This document shows positions 1 through 8,038 of a stretch of DNA of 64,000 nucleotides, one piece after another. The notes below the pieces were generated by a model. It was given only the letters and a program-made list of their open reading frames with translations, did no database searches and had not been told where the DNA came from. Within the stretch, counting starts at the first letter, position 1; every line of letters begins with the position of its first letter. A program made the position numbers and the translations under genes. This stretch comes from an uncultured Oscillospiraceae bacterium (GTDB lineage Bacteria; Bacillota; Clostridia; Oscillospirales; Oscillospiraceae), in assembly GCA_964550315.1 (NCBI GenBank), contig CAZJYY010000007.1, forward strand, positions 2,806 to 66,805, given 5' to 3'.

Positions 1-245
1 ACCTGATGGGCATAGGCTTTGCTGGCTTTTTGGAGGATAACAGAGATATGGAGACAGGCTGCCCGCTGCTCATTCTCTGCGGTGAGCATGACAGAACGGG
101 CAGGGTGAAAAGCTACTGCAAAAGCTGGGCTACTATTACGGGTGCGCCGCTGGTCTGGATAAAGAACGCCGCCCACAACGCAAACGCCGATAACCCCGGA
201 CAGGTAAATGCAGAGATTGCGGCATTTCTGCGCTCTCTGAAATAG
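1..245 (+). CDS. alpha/beta-hydrolase-fold protein, C-terminal fragment (gene begins left of the window)
   Basis: The frame is open to the window edge. The tail LILCGEHDRTG...VWIKNAAHNANADNP resembles the C-terminal acid/His catalytic region of alpha/beta hydrolases. Stop at 243-245. Confidence 0.5.
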   Translation, partial: LMGIGFAGFLEDNRDMETGCPLLILCGEHDRTGRVKSYCKSWATITGAPLVWIKNAAHNANADNPGQVNAEIAAFLRSLK

Positions 246-282
246 GGGGAATGCTCTTTTGACACAGACAGAGGATAATACG

Positions 283-426
283 GTGCATCTAGACGCAACG
301 AATGACGACCTTTTCCGCACCCAGATGAAAATGCTCAAAGATTTTTTGGAGCGCGGTGCTATAACGCAGGCGCAATATGACCACAGCACCAAGGTGCTTA
401 TTGAGAAGCTACCGCACGGCAAATGA
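283..426 (+). CDS. small hypothetical protein (47 aa) with SHOCT-like C-terminus
   Basis: Not in the ORF track because it is under 60 aa. GTG at 283 is preceded by GAGGA 8 nt upstream. The translation ...MKMLKDFLERGAITQAQYDHSTKVLIEKL resembles the short SHOCT motif. A hairpin plus T-run follows. Confidence 0.25.
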   Translation: MHLDATNDDLFRTQMKMLKDFLERGAITQAQYDHSTKVLIEKLPHGK

Positions 427-444
427 CGCTGCGCGGTAGCTTTT
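408..444 (+). terminator. hairpin plus T-run after the small ORF
   Basis: GCTACCGC (408-415) pairs with GCGGTAGC (433-440), followed by TTTT (441-444). The loop is long (17 nt), so this is weak. Confidence 0.3.
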
Positions 445-447
445 CTA

Positions 448-1629
448 TCACATATAACCCATTTGCATATCCATGCGCTCTCCCGGGCTGCCGAACATCA
501 GCTCGTCGATAGAGAGCGTGCCGTGGTAGGCGATGTAGCCATAGTCTGTGAATGCGCCGTATTCCGAGTTCATGCGCTCGAAGCCGTATTTCTCAAAATC
601 GTAGAAATCGGCGAGGTTTTCATCAAATTCATAGTGACCAGACTCCAAAATCATGTATCTGCCGTAGTCCTCCGGCGTTTTTGCGTTGGGTGCAAAATCG
701 AACAAGTCAAGCTGCTCTGCTAAATGCGCTATCTGTGCAGCGCTTTGCGGCCTTGCAAACTCGGCGGCGGCGCACAGCTTCTCGACATCGGCCTTATCCA
801 GCTTTTCGATAGCAGTGCACATCTCATTGAGCGTGCCGATGCTTTCGTTATTGATATCCAAGAGAGCATAAATACTCTCCGGCAGTTCGCTTTCAATCAC
901 TCGCAGGGACATTTCTCCAAGATTATCAATACCGGCGCGGTACATCGTGCGCTCAATCTGCGTCTGGGTCATCGGCAGATAGAGATAGGTCGCGGGGCTG
1001 TCCGCAGGCGCTTTCCGAGAGGACATCTCGACCTCCATCAAGCAATCTTTGTAGCGGTATTCGGGGAAATTCCGCCCGTCATAAAGCTCCGACATTTCAA
1101 AGCCGTTGTCGTAGACCACGCCGTAGGGTGTGACCCTTCCGACCTCGCCCTCCAGAATAGAAAGTGCAACATCGCGGAAATCCTTGTCCTGCATCTCATT
1201 CAAAGTCGCGCCGTTACCCAGCGTCAGATAGTGCCTGCGCCCCAGCGCTTCAAGGTCGTTGAAGTCAGTAACGACAGTGACCTCCTGACAGCAGAAGGTG
1301 AGGTTTATGAGCTCGTCGGTGCTGCATAGACCAAGCCGATATGCCATGCCCTCAAACTGCGTTTTCTCGTAGGCATCAAAGCTGTCCAGTCGCTTGGCAA
1401 GGTAGTTTAGTTCGTCGATGTTGACGCTCGTATACTCCATGTGCTTGAGAACGGAAAAATCTCCGCGAACCTCATCTAGCTTGCAGTCGTGATTTAACGG
1501 GTCGCCGACCTCAAGCTGACTGAGCATTCCGATGATCTCATCGTACTGGTCAGTCGGAATAGGAAACGGCACAGAAACCACTCCGTATTCGGGGTGGTCG
1601 GGGTTGGATAAAACTGCAGTGTATATCAT
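448..1629 (-). CDS. ArdA-like antirestriction protein (conjugative-element associated), putative
   Basis: 393-aa acidic protein. The C-terminal PEDYGRYMILESGHYEFDENLADFYDFEKYGFERMNSEYGAFTDYGYIAY resembles the C-terminal ArdA region (YIDYxAYGRDL...G.F), recalled from memory. It neighbours other ICE-type small genes. Confidence 0.4.
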   Translation of the reverse strand: MIYTAVLSNPDHPEYGVVSVPFPIPTDQYDEIIGMLSQLEVGDPLNHDCKLDEVRGDFSVLKHMEYTSVNIDELNYLAKRLDSFDAYEKTQFEGMAYRLGLCSTDELINLTFCCQEVTVVTDFNDLEALGRRHYLTLGNGATLNEMQDKDFRDVALSILEGEVGRVTPYGVVYDNGFEMSELYDGRNFPEYRYKDCLMEVEMSSRKAPADSPATYLYLPMTQTQIERTMYRAGIDNLGEMSLRVIESELPESIYALLDINNESIGTLNEMCTAIEKLDKADVEKLCAAAEFARPQSAAQIAHLAEQLDLFDFAPNAKTPEDYGRYMILESGHYEFDENLADFYDFEKYGFERMNSEYGAFTDYGYIAYHGTLSIDELMFGSPGERMDMQMGYM

Positions 1630-1641
1630 CTGATTGCCTCC

Positions 1642-1968
1642 TTAAACGGTAGCTGCATTGCTATGTGCGAACTCGATCTGAGCGAGACCGGCAGCAATGC
1701 TTACGATTTCTGCGCTGCACTGGCGGCGCAACTTTTCCTCATGTTCTTTTCTCTGGCGTTCGTAGATCACTTCCGCGTCCGTCCGCATACAGCTTCCGTC
1801 AGCGTGCCAGCAGATGAAGCCGGTTGCCGGGTATCGGCAGCCCTCGCAGTGGTCGGTTTTTTGGCAACAGAAGGGTTCGGGCGGCGGGGACGAGGTATAA
1901 TTGACACAATTAGATATCTTGATGAATTCGCCGGTTTTGCGGGAGAGTCTTGCAAACATGGTTTTCAT
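1642..1968 (-). CDS. cysteine-rich small protein typical of Firmicutes conjugative elements
   Basis: Internal ATG at 1966-1968 is preceded by GGAAAGGA. The 108-aa product MKTMFARL... carries a Cys cluster (FCCQKTDHCEGCRYPATGFICWHADGSC). The longer 183-aa track ORF has no RBS and a low-complexity N-terminus. Confidence 0.5.
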   Translation of the reverse strand: MKTMFARLSRKTGEFIKISNCVNYTSSPPPEPFCCQKTDHCEGCRYPATGFICWHADGSCMRTDAEVIYERQRKEHEEKLRRQCSAEIVSIAAGLAQIEFAHSNAATV

Positions 1969-2032
1969 TCCTTTCCGTAAAATAGAAAAAGCGGCAGCAT
2001 CTCGTTCAAAAGATGCCGCCGCTTTTCGAGTG

Positions 2033-2428
2033 TCACATATTGAATTGCTGGGATTGGGTATGTTCCGAGGCCTGCGCTGCCGCTGCAATTCGATCCCGCA
2101 CATCGGGTAGGGAGTATTCGATTTGGTTGCAGATGCTTCTGAGTGCAGAAACTGTTTCCCCTGATAGCTCAATGTCGTTATCCAGAGCTTCATCTGCCGT
2201 CCGATAAATCTCTGTGAGCTGTTCGTCGGTAAATAACCTGTGCTTTTCCACCAATCCGGAGCGCTGAGCTAAGTCCTCTTTTGCGGCAACGTAGTTGTTT
2301 TCAAGGTAGTGTCCATGGTAAAGCCCCTTGTGGTCATAGCCCCACTCCCGCGTCGTCGCAAGCTCCGTATCACTCACCTCGCCGCAGGCGGCAAGGTTCA
2401 CTCGCTCCGCTGCTCCTCCTTTTCGCAC
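2033..2428 (-). CDS. hypothetical protein (mobile-element context)
   Basis: 131-aa ORF on the same strand and tightly packed with the neighbouring ICE-like genes. No recognisable motif. Confidence 0.45.
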   Translation of the reverse strand: MRKGGAAERVNLAACGEVSDTELATTREWGYDHKGLYHGHYLENNYVAAKEDLAQRSGLVEKHRLFTDEQLTEIYRTADEALDNDIELSGETVSALRSICNQIEYSLPDVRDRIAAAAQASEHTQSQQFNM

Positions 2429-2457
2429 GGCAAACGCTCCGCTGATTTGCCGTGCGA

Positions 2458-2730
2458 TTAAGACGAGAAGGGCGCGGCCTCCATTATGCTCATGTACTCG
2501 GACACCGTTGAGACGATTTCTGAGACACGGTCACGCGCTTCCTCCTTCTCCATCGTATTGATGTCATCCGGGAAATAGCGGATACCATCGCCGACCACTT
2601 TGCAGAGTGGCTCACCGTCATAATGGACTGGGAGGACATCGTCCTCCAGCGGCTGCGGCTTGAAGCCCTCGCGTTTTAGAATACAGGTGAGTTCCTCAAA
2701 GTAGCGGGTGCGTTGTGTTGAGTTATTCAT
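2458..2730 (-). CDS. hypothetical protein (mobile-element context)
   Basis: 90-aa ORF. AGGAGG-like sequence (aaggaggccagaac) lies just upstream of the ATG at 2728-2730. No recognisable motif. Confidence 0.5.
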   Translation of the reverse strand: MNNSTQRTRYFEELTCILKREGFKPQPLEDDVLPVHYDGEPLCKVVGDGIRYFPDDINTMEKEEARDRVSEIVSTVSEYMSIMEAAPFSS

Positions 2731-2760
2731 GTTCTGGCCTCCTTATTTTTGTTGTAGAGC

Positions 2761-2809
2761 GCAAAAAAGCCCGGCAGTTTGTTCCGTCATAGACGGTAAA
2801 CTGCCGGGC
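2761..2809 (-). terminator. rho-independent terminator (minus strand)
   Basis: GCCCGGCAGTTT (2769-2780) pairs with AAACTGCCGGGC (2798-2809). On the minus strand the stem is followed by TTTTTT (complement of 2763-2768). It separates the tRNA/housekeeping block from the ICE-like genes. Confidence 0.6.
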
Positions 2810-2993
2810 AGATATACTTTGCGACTTATTTCATTAGGTATATTTAGTTTCTGATTTCAAACAGACCGCTGGCGCTGGAAATGCCAGTTTATGGCTCGGT
2901 GTGGGTTCGAGTCACCCCAGTTGCTCAAAAACAGCCATTTGCATCTATGATTTGTTATCTGAAAATTGGGACGAGAAAAGTCCCGAAAAGGTC

Positions 2994-3023
2994 GATGCCA
3001 CAGGCGTTACAGCCTGTGGCATC
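2994..3023 (-). terminator. strong hairpin immediately 3' of tRNA-Leu
   Basis: 12-bp perfect stem GATGCCACAGGC / GCCTGTGGCATC with a 6-nt loop. On the minus strand it is followed by GACCTTTTCGGG. Confidence 0.4.
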
Positions 3024-3041
3024 TAAATTGACCTAACAAGA

Positions 3042-3128
3042 TGGTGCCGGTGGCCGGACTCGAACCGGCACGCTGTTGCCAGCGGTGGATTTTGAGTCCA
3101 CTACGTCTACCAATTCCATCACACCGGC
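3042..3128 (-). tRNA. tRNA-Leu (anticodon CAA)
   Basis: The reverse complement reads GCCGGTG-TG-...-GTGGA-CTCAAAA-TCCAC-long variable arm-GCCGGTTCGAGTCCGGC-CACCGGC-A-CCA. This gives a 7-bp acceptor stem, anticodon loop CU-CAA-AA, a class II long variable arm, a canonical T-arm and an encoded CCA. Confidence 0.93.
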
Positions 3129-3183
3129 ATGTGACGGAGATTATTATACAACACTGCTGCCGATAATTCAAGAAAAATATTAC

Positions 3184-3666
3184 TTATTTCCCGGCAAGTG
3201 AACAAAGCGTATCCCCGCTTAGCCTGTAGACCGTCCACTCCTCCATGGGTGTCGCCCCAAGGGAGAGATAAAAATCAATACTTGGCCGGTTCCAATCAAG
3301 ACAGGCCCATTCCAGGCGGCCGCAGCCACGCTCCACCGTTATCTGTGCAAGCCGTGTCAAGATGGACTTGCCGAAGCCCCTACCCCTAAACTCCTCCAAC
3401 ACAAAAAGGTCCTCAAGGTATATTCCCGCCCTGCCAAGGAAGGTGGAAAAGTTATGAAAGAAAAGCGCAAAGCCCACTTCTCTGCCATCAACCACTGCGA
3501 AGATAACCTCCGCCTTCTCCTTTTCAAAAACCCATTCACAGATAAGCTCCTTTGTGGCAACCACCTGGTCAGACATCTTTTCATACTCCGCAAGCTTATT
3601 TATAAAAGACAATATGAGGTTCGCATCATCTTTTACAGCCGCTCTGAATTCAACTTTTTCCTTCAT
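3184..3666 (-). CDS. GNAT family N-acetyltransferase
   Basis: 160 aa. The acetyl-CoA binding motif region VLEEFRGRGFGKSILTRL (R/Q-x-x-G-x-G/A) is typical of GNAT enzymes. Confidence 0.85.
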   Translation of the reverse strand: MKEKVEFRAAVKDDANLILSFINKLAEYEKMSDQVVATKELICEWVFEKEKAEVIFAVVDGREVGFALFFHNFSTFLGRAGIYLEDLFVLEEFRGRGFGKSILTRLAQITVERGCGRLEWACLDWNRPSIDFYLSLGATPMEEWTVYRLSGDTLCSLAGK

Positions 3667-3668
3667 TT

Positions 3669-4529
3669 CTACTCTCCAAAAAGCTGTGAAACTTTAGTAA
3701 TATATGCGGGAAGCGCATTTTCAAAATCCACCCCGTTGCGCCTGGGTGTACCTCGTTTTGCCGTACGGTCTATGCTGTCACTTACAAGGGAAATTGAAAG
3801 CTCCGTGGCATCTTCAAGAGCTGCTCCCCTTATGATAAGCGCACTGAAGGCCGACGCAAAAATATCCCCGGTGCCGTGGAAGGTGCCTTCCCTTACAGGC
3901 CGCAGTGAAAGATGCCTTTTGCCGGATTTCACATCCACCGAAACTGCACCCACATTTCCCTCATGAGTGCAAACACCGGTAAGTGCGATTACTCCGCTGC
4001 AAAGACTTGAAAGCCCGTTAATAAGGGAGTCAATGTACTCGTGGCTGTGGGGGCCACTGTGGTAAGGGATCCCCGTCAGCAGTGCAGCCTCTGTTATATT
4101 TGGGGTAATAATGTCCGCACCTGCGCAAAGCCCCCGAAAAGCTGTGCACATATCTTCGCCAAAGCCTTGATAATAACTTCCATTATCCGCCATCACCGGG
4201 TCGACAATTATCTTAGTCCGTCTTGTTGATATTATGTTAACCGCATCCCGAAGCAACTCAGCCTGAGCAGAGTTTGCAAGATAGCCTGAATATATACCGT
4301 CAAACTCCGCTCCAACGGACTTCCAGTGCCGTGCAATGGGCAGCATCTCGTCGGAAAGATCGCGGAAAGTGAAGCCTGTGAAGCCCCCTGTGTGGGTGGA
4401 TAAAAGAGCCGTGGGAAGGACGCTGCACTCCACCCCGCTGGCTGAAATGACAGGCAATGCCACTGTAAGTGAGCATTTTCCAAAGCCCGAAATGTCGTGC
4501 ACGGCAGCAATTCTTTTAATTTCGTTCAT
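3669..4529 (-). CDS. pdxK: pyridoxal/pyridoxamine kinase (ribokinase superfamily)
   Basis: 286 aa. N-terminal RIAAVHDISGFGKCSLTVALPVISASGVE and C-terminal GTGDIFASAF anion-hole motif are typical of PdxK/PdxY-type kinases. Confidence 0.8.
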   Translation of the reverse strand: MNEIKRIAAVHDISGFGKCSLTVALPVISASGVECSVLPTALLSTHTGGFTGFTFRDLSDEMLPIARHWKSVGAEFDGIYSGYLANSAQAELLRDAVNIISTRRTKIIVDPVMADNGSYYQGFGEDMCTAFRGLCAGADIITPNITEAALLTGIPYHSGPHSHEYIDSLINGLSSLCSGVIALTGVCTHEGNVGAVSVDVKSGKRHLSLRPVREGTFHGTGDIFASAFSALIIRGAALEDATELSISLVSDSIDRTAKRGTPRRNGVDFENALPAYITKVSQLFGE

Positions 4530-4541
4530 GTTGCTGTTTCC

Positions 4542-5774
4542 TTATTTTTGTTTATCCCTAAAAATCATAACAAGCTCAATAAGCATTTTTGCTATCTTCT
4601 CCATAGAATCTACGCTGCAATACTCATAAGGCCCGTGGAAGTTTAATCCGCCCGTGCAAAGGTTCGGGCACGGAAGTCCCATAAATGAAAGTCTTGCCCC
4701 GTCGGTGCCGCCACGAATGGGAACGATGTTCGGTGTTATGTTAACCTTATTCATAGCCTCCCGAGCATATTCAATAAGCTCCATATGGGGAAGAATTTTT
4801 TCCTTCATGTTGAAGTAGCGGTCCTCCGTCTTAACAAAAACGGTTCCCTCTCCATACTTTTCGTTGAGATAATCCCCCACTCTATGTGCAAATTCTTTGC
4901 GGTGCTCAAACTTTTCACGGTCATGATCCCGGATGATATACTGAAGCTCTGCTTCCTCCACCCCTCCGCTCATGGCGTGAAGATGATAAAAGCCCTCGTA
5001 GCCCTCGGTATGGGAGGGTGTTTCCCATTGGGGAAGCATGGAGGCATATTCCATGGCCACAAGGGACGCATTGACCATCTTATTTTTTGCGCTGCCGGGA
5101 TGAATGCTTTTGCCCTGAACGAAAACGCCGCAGTTGGCGCCGTTAAAGTTTTCGTACTCGATTTCTCCAAGCTCACCGCCGTCAACAGTGTAGGCAAAGG
5201 CGGCGCCGAAATCTTTCACATCGAACTTTTCCGGTCCGTTTCCTATTTCCTCGTCCGGTGTGAAGCCAATGCAAATCTTGCCGTGAGGAATTTCGGGATG
5301 GGTGGTAAAATACTCCACCATGGTCATTATTTCCGCAATGCCCGCCTTGTCATCAGCCCCCAAAAGGGTGCTTCCGTCAGTCACGATAAGCGTTTGTCCC
5401 ACATGCTCTCTAAGACTTTCAAATTCTGCCGGGTCAAGATACATCCTGCGCTCTTCACTGAGCACAATTCTTCCACCGTTGTAGTTTTCAATAATACGGG
5501 GTTTTGCATTTTCTCCCGAAGCATCGGGCGAGGTGTCCATATGGGCAATGAAGCCCAGTGCCGGCACGTCTTTCTCCCCAAGATTTGAGGGAAGCTCCGC
5601 CATAACATAGCAGTAGTCGCTTAAACGCACATTCTGTGCCCCAAGCTCTAAAAGCTCCTTTTCAAGCTCACGGGCAAGGGCCCACTGCTTTTCTGTACTG
5701 GGCAAGGTATCCGCTTCCTCTTTGGACTGAGTGTCAAAGCTTACATATCGTAAAAATCGTTGGGTTAAAGACAT
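4542..5774 (-). CDS. pepT: peptidase T (tripeptide aminopeptidase, M20B)
   Basis: MSLTQRFLRYVSFDTQS..., with HMDTSPD, GADDKAG and TPDEEIG metal-ligand motifs. ATG at 5772-5774 follows GAAAGGAAA. The first codon of the track ORF (5795) is TTG without an RBS. Confidence 0.93.
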   Translation of the reverse strand: MSLTQRFLRYVSFDTQSKEEADTLPSTEKQWALARELEKELLELGAQNVRLSDYCYVMAELPSNLGEKDVPALGFIAHMDTSPDASGENAKPRIIENYNGGRIVLSEERRMYLDPAEFESLREHVGQTLIVTDGSTLLGADDKAGIAEIMTMVEYFTTHPEIPHGKICIGFTPDEEIGNGPEKFDVKDFGAAFAYTVDGGELGEIEYENFNGANCGVFVQGKSIHPGSAKNKMVNASLVAMEYASMLPQWETPSHTEGYEGFYHLHAMSGGVEEAELQYIIRDHDREKFEHRKEFAHRVGDYLNEKYGEGTVFVKTEDRYFNMKEKILPHMELIEYAREAMNKVNITPNIVPIRGGTDGARLSFMGLPCPNLCTGGLNFHGPYEYCSVDSMEKIAKMLIELVMIFRDKQK

Positions 5775-5811
5775 ATATATTTTTCCTTTCGGCAATTACT
5801 CTAATGGAAAC

Positions 5812-5841
5812 ATTATAGCATTTATACACTGTATTTGTCAG
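5812..5841 (-). promoter_or_regulatory. putative sigma-A promoter of pepT
   Basis: On the minus strand: CTGACA (5836-5841), an 18-nt spacer, then TATAAT (5812-5817), about 40 nt upstream of the pepT start. Confidence 0.4.
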
Positions 5842-5854
5842 TATAATTATGCAC

Positions 5855-5869
5855 AAAAAAGGACTTCCC
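5855..5869. repeat. left half of a split host terminator stem (AAAAAAGGACTTCCC)
   Basis: Perfect reverse complement of 20353-20367 (GGGAAGTCCTTTTTT). Read on the minus strand, the two halves form A-tract, stem, stem, T-tract, which is a classical intrinsic terminator downstream of the M23 peptidase gene. Confidence 0.7.
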
Positions 5870-5916
5870 TTCTGATGATGCTCATAGGTACTATATGTGA
5901 ACCTTGTATTGTCAGG

Positions 5917-5952
5917 CAAGGAGGCGGACGGCGAAAGTCGTCCGCCTCCTTG
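5917..5952. terminator. 14-bp perfect hairpin just past the recombinase stop codon
   Basis: CAAGGAGGCGGACG (5917-5930) pairs with CGTCCGCCTCCTTG (5939-5952). A T-run (5953-5957) is on the plus strand only. It may insulate pepT from recombinase read-through. Confidence 0.4.
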
Positions 5953-5955
5953 TTT

Positions 5956-7644
5956 TTATGCCAACAGTCTTATAATGTCGTTTTTGCTTGTAATCGCAGG
6001 CGTGATGTGCGGCTGCTGTTCAGCAGCGTCCATGACGCTGTCTACCGTGCCGATGTCGCGGTAGATGATGCGGATGCTCTGCCCGGAGGAATGCGAGTAC
6101 TTCTTGCCACGCTCTCCCACCTCAATGCGCTGAATGAACAGGCGCAGCAGTTCCGGTGTCAGCTCGTCAATGGTGGTGTACCGCTTCGCCTTTTCAATGA
6201 AGGCATCCACATTGGCTGCAGAGGCTTTAAGTTTCTCCAGCCGCGATTCTTTCTCCGGGATAGCATCCTCCAGCGCCTTTTGTTCGGCATTGTAGTCAGC
6301 GGAGAGCATTCTGAACTGTTCGTTGGTCACACGGCCGAGGACATTGTCCTCATAGAGGTGTTTGAACAGGGTCGAGAGCTCACCGCTCCTTCGCCGCATG
6401 GTGTCCACATCCTTTTGCAGAGCATTGATCTCCCGCCGCAGTTCCAGTGTATTTTTCTGGTTGATGTAGGCCGCGAATTGCCGTTCCTTCATTCTGGCGA
6501 AGTGAGTGACACGGCGAAGATCGTCCAGTATAACTTGCTTGAGATCCACCACCCGAATCTGGTGTGGTGTGCAGGCCTCCTTGCCGCGTTTCCCATAGGT
6601 GGAACACCGCAAGTAGTATTGATCTTCCTGCATTTTTTCCGTGCGGTTGAGATACATGTACTTCCCGCAGTCGGCGCAGTAGACAAGGCCAGAGAACAGA
6701 TTGGGTTCCTCCATGTGCTTGGGTGCGCGGCGCTTGTGCTGACGGACATCTTGAACAATGTTCCATGTTTCCAACGTAATGATTGGCTCATGGGTATTCT
6801 CCACCAGCACCTGCTCGCTCTCTGGATTGTAAACGGCCTTCTTATTTTTGTAAGAGATGGTCGTCTTTCGCATGGAAAGCGTGTGACCGATGTAGACTGG
6901 GTTCTCAAGAATGTGTTTGACTGTCGATTGCTGCCACACATATGGTCTGGTTGTATCCAGTCCCATAACCGTTGCGCCCGTTTTCCGATAGTAATGGTTC
7001 GACGGGTTGAGGATCTGCTCCTTGGTCAGAATGCGTGCAATCTGACTCGGGCCCTTGCCGGAGGCGCAGAGCTCGAAGATGTGCCGCACCACCGGTGCGG
7101 TCTCTTCGTCCGACACAAGGCTTTTGGCGTCAGCATCCTTCTTTTTGTAGCCGTATGGAGGCTTGCCGCCCAGACGCTCACCGCGTTCCGCCTGCATCCG
7201 CTTGACGGCGCGCACTTTCTTGCTGGTATCCTTGGCATGGAGCTCGTTTGCCCAATTTCGGATGGGATTAAAATCGTTGCTGCTCTCCACCAGCGAGTCC
7301 ACGGAATCATTGACGGCGATGAAGCGGACGCCCTTCTGTGGCAGGTAGATTTCCGTATAATATCCCACCTGCAAATACTCGCGTCCCAGACGACTGAGGT
7401 CTTTGACGATGAGTGTCTCCACTTCACCGCGCTCAATCATTTCAATGACCTGCTTCCACGAGGGCCGCTCGAAGTTGGTGCCGGAATATCCGTCATCGGC
7501 CAGAAACAATGTGTTTTCGAATCCGTTATCATGAGCGAATTTCTGTAACAGGATCTGCTGATTGTGGATGGAATTCGACTCGCCCATGCGGTCATCCTCT
7601 TGACTGAGTCTGCCATAAAGTATATTGATTTTTTGGCTTGCCAT
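5956..7644 (-). CDS. large serine recombinase (TnpX/phage-integrase-like)
   Basis: 562 aa. The N-terminal resolvase catalytic domain is ILYGRLSQEDD...SIHNQ...DDGYSG...VKDLSRLGREY. It also has a recombinase domain, a Cys zinc ribbon (CADCGKYMY...CSTYGKRGKEACTPH) and a coiled-coil C-terminus. AGGAGG lies 10 nt upstream of the ATG. Confidence 0.92.
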   Translation of the reverse strand: MASQKINILYGRLSQEDDRMGESNSIHNQQILLQKFAHDNGFENTLFLADDGYSGTNFERPSWKQVIEMIERGEVETLIVKDLSRLGREYLQVGYYTEIYLPQKGVRFIAVNDSVDSLVESSNDFNPIRNWANELHAKDTSKKVRAVKRMQAERGERLGGKPPYGYKKKDADAKSLVSDEETAPVVRHIFELCASGKGPSQIARILTKEQILNPSNHYYRKTGATVMGLDTTRPYVWQQSTVKHILENPVYIGHTLSMRKTTISYKNKKAVYNPESEQVLVENTHEPIITLETWNIVQDVRQHKRRAPKHMEEPNLFSGLVYCADCGKYMYLNRTEKMQEDQYYLRCSTYGKRGKEACTPHQIRVVDLKQVILDDLRRVTHFARMKERQFAAYINQKNTLELRREINALQKDVDTMRRRSGELSTLFKHLYEDNVLGRVTNEQFRMLSADYNAEQKALEDAIPEKESRLEKLKASAANVDAFIEKAKRYTTIDELTPELLRLFIQRIEVGERGKKYSHSSGQSIRIIYRDIGTVDSVMDAAEQQPHITPAITSKNDIIRLLA

Positions 7645-7728
7645 GAATTATTTACCTCCTTCATATCGGGGCAAGCCGGTACGGTAGCATCAGTATACCG
7701 CACCGACCTGCACAAGTCTATTGGAATC

Positions 7729-8013
7729 TCAGGCGCTGTGGGCTTCTTTTGCAAGATCGGCATCAATGAGCGAGAGCAGCTTGTCCGTAGGAGTGGCCTT
7801 CGTCTCCGAAGGGAAAACCGAGGTGACGTGAAACACCTTGCCTCCAATCAGCATTTCCCTTGTACCGGTAAATCCATCGTCTTGGAACCAATAGGTCGTG
7901 TCGCGGAAAGTCGCGGCAACCTTGTTGGCATCCTCTTGGCGGAGCACAGCCTTGTTGGGATCATAGCTGCCCAGCATACCGGTATCTCTGTATTCTTCAT
8001 ATTCAGTTCTCAT
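7729..8013 (-). CDS. TnpW-like small transposon protein (putative)
   Basis: IGGKVFHVTSVFPSETKATPTDKLLSLIDADL resembles the TnpW family of Tn4451-type elements (from memory). The ATG at 8011-8013 follows GAAAGGAAA; the alternative ATG is at 8031. Confidence 0.5.
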   Translation of the reverse strand: MRTEYEEYRDTGMLGSYDPNKAVLRQEDANKVAATFRDTTYWFQDDGFTGTREMLIGGKVFHVTSVFPSETKATPTDKLLSLIDADLAKEAHSA

Positions 8014-8038
8014 AGATTTCCTTTCTGCCATATTCGGC

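Noticed and set aside
1969-2193. N-terminal 75 residues of the 183-aa track ORF 1642-2193
   Set aside because: This part overlaps the 3' end of the 2033-2428 gene and has a Pro/Arg/Ser-rich composition with no RBS. The internal ATG at 1968 has a good GGAAAGGA RBS and yields a compact Cys-rich protein.
2895-2925. tRNA-like T-arm sequence GGGTTCGAGTC (2903-2913) on the plus strand, possibly a tRNA remnant or att duplicate
   Set aside because: The flanking bases do not form a proper 5-bp T-stem (GTGGG versus CACCC mispairs). No acceptor or anticodon arms can be folded. Its orientation is opposite to tRNA-Leu, so it is not a direct repeat of the tRNA 3' end.
5731-7548. 605-aa ORF on the plus strand, the longest plus-strand ORF in the accessory region
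   Set aside because: It lies entirely antisense to the serine recombinase gene. Its translation is low-complexity and Leu/Arg/Val-rich with no motifs, and it has no RBS. This is a classic shadow ORF of a GC-moderate gene.
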